Sequence record: MN871449.1
Reading direction: 5' to 3' (one strand)
DNA: 64,000 bases
Shown: positions 6,006 through 15,101 of the stretch, piece after piece
Numbering within the stretch: the stretch's first letter is position 1
Layout of the letters: each line of letters begins with the position of its first letter
Position numbers and translations under genes: made by a program
Notes under the pieces: model-generated
Told to the model about the DNA's origin: nothing
The model's database searches: none
What the model saw: only the letters and a program-made list of their open reading frames with translations

Positions 6006-6703
6006 TGGACTTAAAAGAGAGAGTGCGAGTTAATGGGTCGCACAACGCCACTAGGCGAGACACCGGAGTCAGTGGTGGCGCTAGTAGAAGAAGTCAGTTA
6101 CCGGTATGCGGCCGCAACAAATTAACTGATACCCATTCTACACTTTTAAAGTCCACGTAACCTTTACAATACTGCTCTAGTCAAGTGATATTGTTTACAG
6201 AGAGTGCAGGTTCGACTCCTGCTCGGTAGTAGAGGCTCGGTAGGAAGGGAGTTCGGAATCGTATCCGAATGATTTGTCCAATAAGCAATAACTTATTGGT
6301 AACTCTCGTGAGACAAAGACTTCGGCGACCCGCCGGTTAAACGCGCCGCGGAATCGGCCGAGGGGTACTAATTATGACGCCTGTCAATTTCGGCGGCCTA
6401 CGCCTTAGAGCGAAAATAGGCGGCCATAGACCATAGACCTCAGCCGGGGATTCCGGCGAAAGAGGTGCAAGGAGCCGGCAAAAATGTCCGGGGGCGTCAC
6501 CCTATTCGATCCATTTCTCCAACGTAGAAGGGATCGGGTATTAAAAATCTGGAAATTAAGCTAACTCGTATAGCCGAGAATAAACATGTTTCGGTGGCGA
6601 CCTTAACATGAAAAGGATGATGTGCGATAAGTCATTTATGAGCTAAACACTGAGATCCTTTTGACTATTAGTCAGTACGAGAGAGGGTCGAAAGACCCTC
6701 TCT
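6006..6703 (+). ncRNA. Large unclassified structured RNA region (one or several RNAs)
   Basis: Closed domain 6006-6155, isolated T-arm 6206-6222, many helices from 6252 to 6662, terminal hairpin 6680-6703. No ORF of 60 aa or more in ~700 nt. Confidence 0.6.
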
Positions 6704-6708
6704 TTATG
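6680..6708 (+). terminator. Hairpin ending the RNA array
   Basis: AGAGAGGGTC-GAAA-GACCCTCTCT followed by TTATG. Confidence 0.7.
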
Positions 6709-6764
6709 CTGTTAATTTTATGAACCATACATTTTCTTTTTCATCAATTGAAGGCGCAAAAAAA

Positions 6765-6917
6765 ATGATCGGTACTATTCTCGGTGTAGTAGTAGTTGCA
6801 ATTATTGCGATCTTTGTTTATCGTAAACACAAAGCTAAAATGGATCCGGCGCTGGACAAAGTAGCGGAAAAATTTAACGAAGTGAAAGACAAAGTTAGCG
6901 ATAAACTGGGCAGCTAA
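6765..6917 (+). CDS. Small single-pass membrane protein (50 aa)
   Basis: MIGTILGVVVVAIIAIFVYRKHK...; GAAGG RBS before ATG 6765. Confidence 0.75.
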   Translation: MIGTILGVVVVAIIAIFVYRKHKAKMDPALDKVAEKFNEVKDKVSDKLGS

Positions 6918-7114
6918 TTTAAATTAACAGTGGTGACCCGTTATTATGTAAACAGCACCACCTGTTAACCGAATCGCGATGCCAGCGCGGTAGCTTCGTC
7001 TGAGAAATCAGCGTGGCAACAATACGACTTTGCTTGTCGTGAGACATTCAAATAATCGGGCTAAGGGGAGGGCGGAAGCTCTTCCCTCTATGCCATCAAT
7101 TCAGGAGAGAAACT

Positions 7115-7591
7115 ATGGAATTTGTTTTATTACTGGGTCCTGAAGATCCAGAAGCTATCAAGTATGAAAAAGAACTTTTAGACATGTTTCATGTCATGGA
7201 TAAAAACGAAGCGACTTTATGGAAATCGAGAAGTAATCTCGACATCCTCACTAACGAGTTAAAAACAGAAAGACTCATTGATCGTTGGACTGACCAAACT
7301 AACATTCTTCTGGTAATAGATAAAGAGAATGTCGTAGGGTTTGTTGAGTATATACCACCTGTCGTAAACGGAAGTGTTACATGGATGTCGATTAATTATC
7401 TGTACATCAAACGACATTATCGAAAAATGGGCTACGGGAAGGCACTGGTAAAACAAGTTAGAATGTTTGCTAAGCACCTCTCAGTTGACCAAGTTAGCCT
7501 GTCTGTCCACGTCTCTAACGTAAATGCCCAGAAATTCTATGAGTCTCAGGGTTTCCTGGAACAAACCAAATACATGTGCGTAAAACCATGA
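7115..7591 (+). CDS. GNAT-family N-acetyltransferase
   Basis: Motif A LYIKRHYRKMGYGKAL and motif B VHVSNVNAQKFYESQGF; AGGAG RBS. Confidence 0.9.
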   Translation: MEFVLLLGPEDPEAIKYEKELLDMFHVMDKNEATLWKSRSNLDILTNELKTERLIDRWTDQTNILLVIDKENVVGFVEYIPPVVNGSVTWMSINYLYIKRHYRKMGYGKALVKQVRMFAKHLSVDQVSLSVHVSNVNAQKFYESQGFLEQTKYMCVKP

Positions 7592-7776
7592 CGTTCCAGT
7601 GGACCGGGATGGATTGCCCTATGTGCCAAGCTATGCACTGCTCTCAAGTATACGATGAGGACGACAATGAAATAACTTGGGAATGTAGGGAATGTAAACA
7701 TTTTTGGCTAGAACCTATCGATGCTGAAAAACCGACCAGAACAGAATTAAACCAAAGGAGGAATCATGTTCGCTAA
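7588..7776 (+). CDS. Small zinc-ribbon protein
   Basis: CPMC...CREC; ATGA overlap with the GNAT stop. Confidence 0.7.
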   Translation: MTFQWTGMDCPMCQAMHCSQVYDEDDNEITWECRECKHFWLEPIDAEKPTRTELNQRRNHVR

Positions 7777-7883
7777 GAACGCACTTACTATTTTTATCGG
7801 GATGCAAAGATTAAATCTGTTTTCTGTAGTTACAGCTAACCCGTATGAAAATACTCAGTTCAAGATAAAAGAGAGACCGAGCC

Positions 7884-8385
7884 ATGAACTTAACCGAACA
7901 CTTGCTCGAACGTCATTACGACGTAAACCGCTACCCGACTAATTGGTTAACGGAAACCAGCCTTACCGTACCTTTGTTTGGTTTCGATTATAAACTGCGC
8001 GGTTATCAGGTTTATACCCCCGACGCCCCTAAGAAAACAAAGAACCCAAAAGAAGCCCGTTATTTCACGAGACTTCTCGGTAATGTTGGTGTTTTTGGTT
8101 TAGAAATTAGAACTGAAACCCGGTCCCGTATTCTTAACGGAGTCTGTCTTTAAATCAGCCAGTCTTCATGCCCTGGGCTTAAATAGCTGGAGCGCATTAG
8201 GTTCTGACCTTTCCCCTCAACTAAAACAACAGTTATTGTTACTTCCTTACGAATTTGTTTGTTTGGGAGACGATGATAAGGCGGGTGAGAAGTTTAGTCG
8301 TAACTTCCGCAGAGGGTCGACTAGTCGAGATTTAGACGAACTAACAGAAGAAGAAAGATGGGCGGTATTAAAACCTTACTTATAA
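7884..8385 (+). pseudogene. TOPRIM (primase-like) gene split by a +1 frameshift near 8106
   Basis: The 7884 frame (LRGYQVYTP..KK.KNPKEARYFT..GVFGLE) stops at 8153. The +1 frame from 8107 reads LELKPGPVFLTESVFKS...GDDDKAG...DLDE... to TAA 8385, which are TOPRIM E and DxD motifs. Confidence 0.75.
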
Positions 8386-8467
8386 CTGACAGATTGGAGA
8401 CATCAGTCTCCAATCTGTTTTGTGTATATATCACTGTAATGAATAACATAATTCGGAGGATTAAATT

Positions 8468-9022
8468 TTGAACGATAAAATTTATTTCGTTACAATACTT
8501 GTCAAGCAGTTCAGTAAATTGCTCTATGAGATCGAAACTCAGCTTTTATTAGCGCGTATATATTCGACAGAATCGGTTAATAAGAAACAATTACAAATAA
8601 CGATACGGAGAGCAGAATGGTGTTATTTATTACTCGTTAGACTGCGAGGATTCAGTTATGGACTTACCGGGTCGTTGCTGGGCGTAGGTCATCAGGCGGT
8701 TAGAGAGCGCACAAGGAAAGGAGCGCGATTCTTCTGTAATTTAAGTTTCCCGGGAAACCGAGAAAAAAGAGATCAATTTTTTACATTTCTCGATGGGCAA
8801 GCTTATTGCAAGGATAGCCAGATCCCAACAGCAATAAAACAGTTTAATGAAGATCAGAAACTGTTAAAAGGTTACCAAGAAGCTTATTACTCTATCTGGC
8901 CGATGTATAATGCCCCTAATACTTTTAGTAAAACAAAAGAAATTTTATCGGATAAATCGACTGTGATGAAAGAATTGGAAAAAATTATCACGATAAAAAG
9001 TGCGCTGTTGAGAAAGCTATAG
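8468..9022 (+). CDS. Hypothetical protein with a sigma-70 region-4-like HTH
   Basis: TTG start after GGAGG; RGFSYGLTGSLLGVGHQAVRER resembles the region-4 HTH pattern. Confidence 0.65.
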   Translation: MNDKIYFVTILVKQFSKLLYEIETQLLLARIYSTESVNKKQLQITIRRAEWCYLLLVRLRGFSYGLTGSLLGVGHQAVRERTRKGARFFCNLSFPGNREKRDQFFTFLDGQAYCKDSQIPTAIKQFNEDQKLLKGYQEAYYSIWPMYNAPNTFSKTKEILSDKSTVMKELEKIITIKSALLRKL

Positions 9023-9075
9023 CGAAAGGCGAAATAACAAATAAAGTTAAATCAGATATTACGAAAGTACGTCGA

Positions 9076-9345
9076 ATGTTTGCTACACTGGCCAGAGCTA
9101 AAGGCGCAACGTTTGCAAAGATCGGATTGGCTTTAGACATCACTAATGAACGTGCTCGCCAACTGGATGCATTCGGGTACCGAGATTTTAAATATCCGCA
9201 TTATATCGATGAGAAGGGTATTGAACGAAGAATTAATGAGGTCAGTAATCGGAACCGTAAAGAAAGTTTATGTTCTGAAACTGAATTGAACGAAGAAGGC
9301 GCCCTGATAAAAAGCTATTTCAAAAAATTAAATGAGGTAAAATAA
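9076..9345 (+). CDS. Sigma-70 region-4-like HTH protein (5' end uncertain)
   Basis: GATFAKIGLALDITNERARQL. The frame is open back to 8956 with no canonical start codon or clear RBS. Confidence 0.6.
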   Translation: MFATLARAKGATFAKIGLALDITNERARQLDAFGYRDFKYPHYIDEKGIERRINEVSNRNRKESLCSETELNEEGALIKSYFKKLNEVK

Positions 9346-9881
9346 TGAACACTGTCCTGACAGAAGACCAAGTTAAGAAACATGTTGAACTCGCCGCAAA
9401 AAGATTTTTATCTGAGAACGTCACAGCGTGTAATTTTTATTACACTGACATGTACGACTTTAAGTTCCAATCGACGTCTGTACCAACCCCAGGTGAAAAG
9501 ACACCTTGGGAAAACTTTCTTTACCACCTTAATCTCATCGGCGTCAAAGGTTTCAGTTACTGTTTTGACCGCAACGAACTTTACTTTATCAGCCCGATCA
9601 TTAGCGAAGCTCCGTCACATCGAGTTAATACAACCGCGATAATTACGATACGGGAACTATTCACCGAACCATATCTTCGTAATTGTGCCGCGAGTCATTT
9701 CGATATCACAGAACAGCAGCGGCTATTCTACAAAGAGTTCTGTCCACAGCGCTACGCTTCTGCGACCGAATTTGCTCACGCTCTCGGTGAAAGGTTTGAT
9801 ACTTTAACATATTTCGAAGCGCTTAAAGCGGCCAGTCTCTATCGTGATCTTGGTATCACTTCCATCGAGTACAATGGCTAA
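9345..9881 (+). CDS. Hypothetical protein, paralog of 9956-10501
   Basis: GAGGT RBS; LTE..v.KhVe..AK.FL......CNF.Y and F.Y......LYF..PII shared with the next gene. Confidence 0.8.
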   Translation: MNTVLTEDQVKKHVELAAKRFLSENVTACNFYYTDMYDFKFQSTSVPTPGEKTPWENFLYHLNLIGVKGFSYCFDRNELYFISPIISEAPSHRVNTTAIITIRELFTEPYLRNCAASHFDITEQQRLFYKEFCPQRYASATEFAHALGERFDTLTYFEALKAASLYRDLGITSIEYNG

Positions 9882-9955
9882 GTTTCCGGTCAAAGTGAAA
9901 TTTATTTTTCATTTAGTGAATATAAACAAACTAAACTAATATTAAGGAATTTAAA

Positions 9956-10501
9956 ATGCGGATTAAATTAACTGAAGTCGTAATCGAAAAATATGTTGAA
10001 GCGTGTGCAAAAATATTTTTGGGGTCAGAGATTAAAGACTGTAACTTTCTTTACAGTAAGGGTATTGAATACAAATTTTGTCCGACGCACACGTATCGTG
10101 AAAACAATGAAAATGAACATTGGGGTCACTTCTTAAAATTTTTAGAAGCACTTGGCGTCCAAGCCTTTAGCTATGGCATCAATGACGGAACGTTGTATTT
10201 TGTCGGACCTATCATCACTGAGACTAGTAGCTACGATACTGACGCGCTGGCGGCGAGTGTAATTAAGGAACTTTATTCCGACATTATCGATTCTGTTTTG
10301 CCCCTTAAACCTGATTACGTTAACGACCCGGATGCAGGTAAAGTTAATTTTAAAACCTTCAACGTGAAAGACTATGAAAACATTGATGGTTTAACCATCG
10401 ACATGGTTCGTACGTTTGAACATTCAAGTTACGCTAACTGTAAAAAGTTGGCTGAAATAATTTTAGAACTTGGCATGGTTAATTTCGCCGTTAGTATTTA
10501 A
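9956..10501 (+). CDS. Hypothetical protein, paralog of 9345-9881
   Basis: AAGGAA RBS; visible alignment with the upstream gene. Confidence 0.8.
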   Translation: MRIKLTEVVIEKYVEACAKIFLGSEIKDCNFLYSKGIEYKFCPTHTYRENNENEHWGHFLKFLEALGVQAFSYGINDGTLYFVGPIITETSSYDTDALAASVIKELYSDIIDSVLPLKPDYVNDPDAGKVNFKTFNVKDYENIDGLTIDMVRTFEHSSYANCKKLAEIILELGMVNFAVSI

Positions 10502-10542
10502 ACATCCCCTCCTACTTACTTCAGTCAATAAGGAATTCATAA

Positions 10543-10926
10543 ATGAAAAACATTTTTATCGCGTTGATTCTCTCCGTCATTTCCGCCACCTCCTTTGCAG
10601 CAGAAGGATACGCATCGCCTGATGTTAAATATGCTAAACCGTGTGTCGCGGAAGCCAAACAAAAAGCGGCGATCATGCTCAAGACATACGCGGCGATGGG
10701 AGAATGGAATTACGATCAGGTTGATAACCTTCCCCCAGCGTTCCCTAAAGCGTTCAAGAACCCGGTTCGTCCAGAGCAATACATTCACCCTATCGAGTTT
10801 ACCGCGGCCGTCTCACGATTCAATGATACGCGTATACGGGTCATGTACGCTAACTCTTCGACCACTGACCCTTCTCTCTGTGTTTTCATGGGAATTGAAT
10901 TCCTTGATCTGACAGACGCAAACTAA
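10543..10926 (+). CDS. Secreted/periplasmic hypothetical protein
   Basis: Signal peptide MKNIFIALILSVISATSFA; two Cys; AAGGAA RBS. Confidence 0.8.
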   Translation: MKNIFIALILSVISATSFAAEGYASPDVKYAKPCVAEAKQKAAIMLKTYAAMGEWNYDQVDNLPPAFPKAFKNPVRPEQYIHPIEFTAAVSRFNDTRIRVMYANSSTTDPSLCVFMGIEFLDLTDAN

Positions 10927-10930
10927 TATA

Positions 10931-10987
10931 AGTTTCCCTACTGCCTAGTGGCAGTAGGGAAACTATCCGCTATATTCTTTTTTTTTG
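10931..10987. terminator. Bidirectional terminator between convergent genes
   Basis: AGTTTCCCTACTGCC-TAGT-GGCAGTAGGGAAACT followed by a T-run. Confidence 0.8.
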
Positions 10988-12952
10988 CTACGTGTATTGC
11001 GGAATGGCTTCAAGTGACCAAGCTTCCAGGGCTACCGCCTCCTCTTTCACACCAAGTATTTGGTTCACTTGTTCTTCCGACCAGGTTAAGATATCAAGTG
11101 TTCGACTACTGATGTTAGGTTCCGATGTCTCCAAATAGAATTTAAAGACATAAGTTTGGGCGCTTTGGTTAATACGGTCGATACGACCGATAGCCTGTTC
11201 CATGATGTAATCGCGGAATGGCGCGTTGATGGCTAAAATAACGTTCGCTGCGATCAAGGGAACCGAAGTAGACAAACTTTGATAGGTTGCAATCAATGGG
11301 TTGATGCTACTGTCATCAAAGAACCGTTTCACTTGTTTGGTTAAATCTTCACCTTCTCCGTAAACGGTTACAGGTTTGAATCCTTTCGATACCAGATAGT
11401 TTTCTGTCATTTCTACCGCTTTCACGTAGCTAGTAAAAATGATAGTTTTCTTCTCTGCCGCTTTAATGTATTTAGGAAGATCACACTCCGCGATTAAAGC
11501 AAGTGTAACTTCTTCTCTGCGCTTCCCTACGACGTTACCTAAACACTCACCACGAACTTTTAACGGTAAATATTTGATCACTGATTTGTAACTGCGGAAA
11601 TTCTTTAACTCTTCCCCGCGCAGTAAAGGCTCGATTAAATTCTTTTCAAACTTATTACAGAACATCATCTCTTCTTTCACCATTTGGTAATCGGTGGTTT
11701 TAGAGATTTGCTCAACAAAACGTCGGTATTGTTTTAATTGAGCTTCCTGTTCTTTAGTTTTAACCGTACGGGCGTATTTGTCTACGCCGGAATAGTAACC
11801 CAACTTAACTTGCGGTTCGAGTTTTTTCCAATACGCAATGCGTTCCAGAATATAATCTTTCATGTCCATTTTCAACGTAGACAATAAAAACTTCTCTGGG
11901 TCTTTCAGTTTGACCGGAACGTTCTCGATGATTGGGTTGGATTTAACCACCTCCACTTTAAATGTTACATTACCCATACGATGACGAATGATGTCGAAAC
12001 ATTTCTTACTTGACTTGCCGTACAGTTTCTTAAAGGCTTCCATAGCCTCTAACGTCATCATCTTATCAAATGTCGCCAGCATCGGGATGGCTTCAGAGCC
12101 ATATGCTTTGATAGGCGTAGCAGAAGCCCATAGTGTTGTAACAGGCTGAACACGTTTGCAGAATTGTAAAATATCTTGCGTACGTTGAGAACTAAGTTCA
12201 TTTAGTTTGTGGGATTCGTCGAGGATTAACGCAACTTTCTTACCAGTGAATCGCCCGGAATCTTCCAGTAATTTACCAATGGCTTCCATGTGGTAGATTA
12301 AATACTTCGGTAATGTTCCAGAGGGTAATGACCCATCACGCGCCTGAATCCAATATTCAGGTGTCTTTTTGTAATCGTTTTGCATCGCATCTTCCCAGAC
12401 ACGATAAATAGATGCCTTTAATGATATCATGACAATAATGTCAACGTTGAGCATTTCTGCAATCATTAGCGACGAGAGAGTTTTTCCGGAGCCGGTCCCC
12501 ATTGCAAGGCAGTACCCATTTAACTGCCATTTAGGAACGATGTCGTCATAGAGGTCGATGAATTCCATTTGATGACGAAGCGGGCTTTTGGTAAACAGGC
12601 TCAGTTTGCTCCGATCCAAAATAGGATCGTGATCTACCTGAGTAGACCTCATCCAAGTATTAGTGAGAATACCTTCTTTCACTTGTTTCAATGTTTTCTT
12701 CGCAATCATACTTCGCCCCTGTTTGGCGATAATCTGATCGAGAATGTAAACAAACTCTACCGCGAAGAAACTGTAAAATTCGATACTGTAAGGCGTAATC
12801 TTAGTGAACATACTTTGTTCGATACGAGAGGTACGCCAGGTATTATAAATTTCCCCTAAAGCGTCCTTAGAACGAATAGCGGTGATCTTAATCTTTCCGT
12901 TCGCTTCTTCTACTTCAACCATTCCAAACGCGGCTTTGGCAAAATTAAACAT
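10988..12952 (-). CDS. Superfamily-2 (SNF2/DExH-like) helicase, phiKZ gp75-like
   Basis: Walker A MGTGSGKT, motif II LILDESH, motif III SATP, motif VI QAIGRIDR. Confidence 0.9.
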   Translation of the reverse strand: MFNFAKAAFGMVEVEEANGKIKITAIRSKDALGEIYNTWRTSRIEQSMFTKITPYSIEFYSFFAVEFVYILDQIIAKQGRSMIAKKTLKQVKEGILTNTWMRSTQVDHDPILDRSKLSLFTKSPLRHQMEFIDLYDDIVPKWQLNGYCLAMGTGSGKTLSSLMIAEMLNVDIIVMISLKASIYRVWEDAMQNDYKKTPEYWIQARDGSLPSGTLPKYLIYHMEAIGKLLEDSGRFTGKKVALILDESHKLNELSSQRTQDILQFCKRVQPVTTLWASATPIKAYGSEAIPMLATFDKMMTLEAMEAFKKLYGKSSKKCFDIIRHRMGNVTFKVEVVKSNPIIENVPVKLKDPEKFLLSTLKMDMKDYILERIAYWKKLEPQVKLGYYSGVDKYARTVKTKEQEAQLKQYRRFVEQISKTTDYQMVKEEMMFCNKFEKNLIEPLLRGEELKNFRSYKSVIKYLPLKVRGECLGNVVGKRREEVTLALIAECDLPKYIKAAEKKTIIFTSYVKAVEMTENYLVSKGFKPVTVYGEGEDLTKQVKRFFDDSSINPLIATYQSLSTSVPLIAANVILAINAPFRDYIMEQAIGRIDRINQSAQTYVFKFYLETSEPNISSRTLDILTWSEEQVNQILGVKEEAVALEAWSLEAIPQYT

Positions 12953-13054
12953 AATCTGACCCTTCGTGATAAATTGATCTCATAACAAAAAATACGTACC
13001 CACAGCTACTATGAGCCCGCTAGGAGGCTCTAACAAAGAAAAGGTACGGTCAAG

Positions 13055-14011
13055 ATGAACCATCAAGTAAAAATTGTAAGTAACGACTCCATGATCGTTT
13101 ATTTCTCATTGCAGGATGTTGCTAAAGCCTGCCTGCTGCCCATTGATAAAGTAGCCCAGGTAATAAGCGCCGTAAAACAAACTACTCCGCCTATTTTGGC
13201 TTATGTTTCCGTTGTGTCTCGTGAAGAAGCTAAAGATAAAAATAACCAAATGGATTATTTCCCTTCTTTATCCGAAGCCAAATTCACCCTAAATACCCAT
13301 CAGCTTCAGGGCGATCTTTCCGGAACAATTTATTCGGTCAAAATCACATTACTGAACCCCAATACCCCACACGAACATTTCCTCCAGTATGCAAACGGAT
13401 TACGTGACGGTGAATTCAGTTTTTATCCACGTTTATCCGTCAATGGGCGTTATATTTATCCTACATTAGACACGAGTAAAGAAGCCGAGGGAAATAATGG
13501 TAATGTTAACATTACCGGATTCGATCTTATTTTTAATGGATATATCAACGACCAATTGGAAATTGCCCCTCAGCCAACCCATGAAGAACATATTACTGAA
13601 AAAATCAATGATATTTTTGGTAAATGTAAATCCCTAGATCTTTCATCGTATCGCACACCGCAATTCACGGTAACTGGGTTAATACCAAACGACCGCCCTG
13701 ATCCGAGTTTTACACCCACCCCAGTAAATGAAAGCTCGCGAAATAAGTATGTGATAGATCTTAATGACCCTGCTGAACTGAATTTTTTGACAGAAAAATT
13801 CATTAATATCAATTCACCTCTTATTGACCTCTCTCTGACTAATCCAGATGAGATAAAACGTCGTGTCGCTCTCCTCGCCCCTGATTACGATAATAAAAAA
13901 GAAGTCGTCGTAAAAGACCTTATTTATTTCTTTTTGGGAGATGGTCTTAACCAGACCCAAAAAGAAAAGTTGGTAGACCTTATTCTGTTGGAATGGGATA
14001 AAACGAATTAA
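13055..14011 (+). CDS. Hypothetical protein (318 aa)
   Basis: Long ORF ending at hairpin 14028-14066. Confidence 0.75.
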   Translation: MNHQVKIVSNDSMIVYFSLQDVAKACLLPIDKVAQVISAVKQTTPPILAYVSVVSREEAKDKNNQMDYFPSLSEAKFTLNTHQLQGDLSGTIYSVKITLLNPNTPHEHFLQYANGLRDGEFSFYPRLSVNGRYIYPTLDTSKEAEGNNGNVNITGFDLIFNGYINDQLEIAPQPTHEEHITEKINDIFGKCKSLDLSSYRTPQFTVTGLIPNDRPDPSFTPTPVNESSRNKYVIDLNDPAELNFLTEKFININSPLIDLSLTNPDEIKRRVALLAPDYDNKKEVVVKDLIYFFLGDGLNQTQKEKLVDLILLEWDKTN

Positions 14012-14069
14012 TTGAAATAACATATATTCTCCCCTCTTCCCGTAAACACGGGAAGAGGGGAGTTATAAC

Positions 14070-14708
14070 TTAACCGCTGATCGCCTTCACGAATTCAATC
14101 AGACGCTCACGGTAATCCGGTTTAGCGAATTCTGCCGCTCGTGCCAGGTTGTAACGCTGAATGATAGTTTTACGCACTGCGGGGGTAGCAAAGGCGCAAA
14201 CCATATCGACGAACGCAATGTATTTGTCGAGTTGTTTATCACCCTTCGCTAAAAGGCTCAGTCGACGGAAACGCATATTAGGCGCAAAGGCCCCGTCTTC
14301 GTATTTGCGAACCAGCGCAAACAGACGTTTCATGCAGACCGCAAAATCCGCAACATTGTCCAGATTAACCAGTTGCTCCAGTGTCCGATAGAGCACACTC
14401 TGATTTTCTTTCAGTGAAGATTCAGTCTGCGCTTTTTCCGGTGCCATTTTCAGAACGTAGTCTTCGAGGTGTGCAATGATCAATTTGACCGCATCACTTT
14501 CCCCGGCGTAAACATCGGCCGAAGTTTTAGCCGCAGTTTCAGAGACCGTGCTTACTTTCACGCTACCGCCTACCGCAGACTCGGTTGCCACGGTTGCTGC
14601 AACAGGAGCGTTGTCGTTCTCACCCGAAGCAGCCGTTTCTGCTACCGCATCTGCTGCGTCAGAGAGTTCCTGAGATTTCTTTTGGATTTTATCAAACTTA
14701 TTGGCCAT
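14070..14708 (-). CDS. Conserved hypothetical protein with an Ala/Thr-rich disordered N-terminus
   Basis: ORF with GAAGGA RBS, overlapping the upstream gene's stop, in the phiKZ-core block. Confidence 0.8.
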   Translation of the reverse strand: MANKFDKIQKKSQELSDAADAVAETAASGENDNAPVAATVATESAVGGSVKVSTVSETAAKTSADVYAGESDAVKLIIAHLEDYVLKMAPEKAQTESSLKENQSVLYRTLEQLVNLDNVADFAVCMKRLFALVRKYEDGAFAPNMRFRRLSLLAKGDKQLDKYIAFVDMVCAFATPAVRKTIIQRYNLARAAEFAKPDYRERLIEFVKAISG

Positions 14709-15084
14709 GGCCTTTTTCCTTCATCATTTGAACGTTAGGGACCGTAATACCCTGTTGGGAAAGTTGTGCCTCTAACTCTTTCGTTTCTTCCGATTTAGCA
14801 TTGACTTCTCGTTCACGCCACCGAATAGAAGTGTTGATTTGCTTTTCAACCATATCATTAGGTTGACTCACCCAATCCGTAAACGTAAAGTTGAAGTAAT
14901 CTTTAATCTGGTGCGTGTGATATTTTTCGAGTAACTCATCCCATTTCCCTTTGTTTGCAGCCGCTTCAGGTTCATGCATCGCAATAAGAGAGAATGGGAC
15001 TTTGGCATCTACTGCTTCAGAGTAAATCCCGTTATCGAGGTCGTACGCCCTGCGCAACGCCACTTTGGCGGAAAGGTTCCCCAA
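14698..15084 (-). CDS. Conserved hypothetical protein (128 aa)
   Basis: TTG start; in an operon with 15102-16826. Confidence 0.7.
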   Translation of the reverse strand: MGNLSAKVALRRAYDLDNGIYSEAVDAKVPFSLIAMHEPEAAANKGKWDELLEKYHTHQIKDYFNFTFTDWVSQPNDMVEKQINTSIRWREREVNAKSEETKELEAQLSQQGITVPNVQMMKEKGHGQ

Positions 15085-15101
15085 TCCGCCTGTCTTCTCA
15101 A

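Noticed and set aside
6242-6560. RNase P RNA or group I/II intron identity for the large RNA
   Set aside because: Only loose resemblance (GGGAGTTCGG, GTGCAA, AAAATCTGG). The P4 pairing and intron P7/domain V consensus could not be completed.
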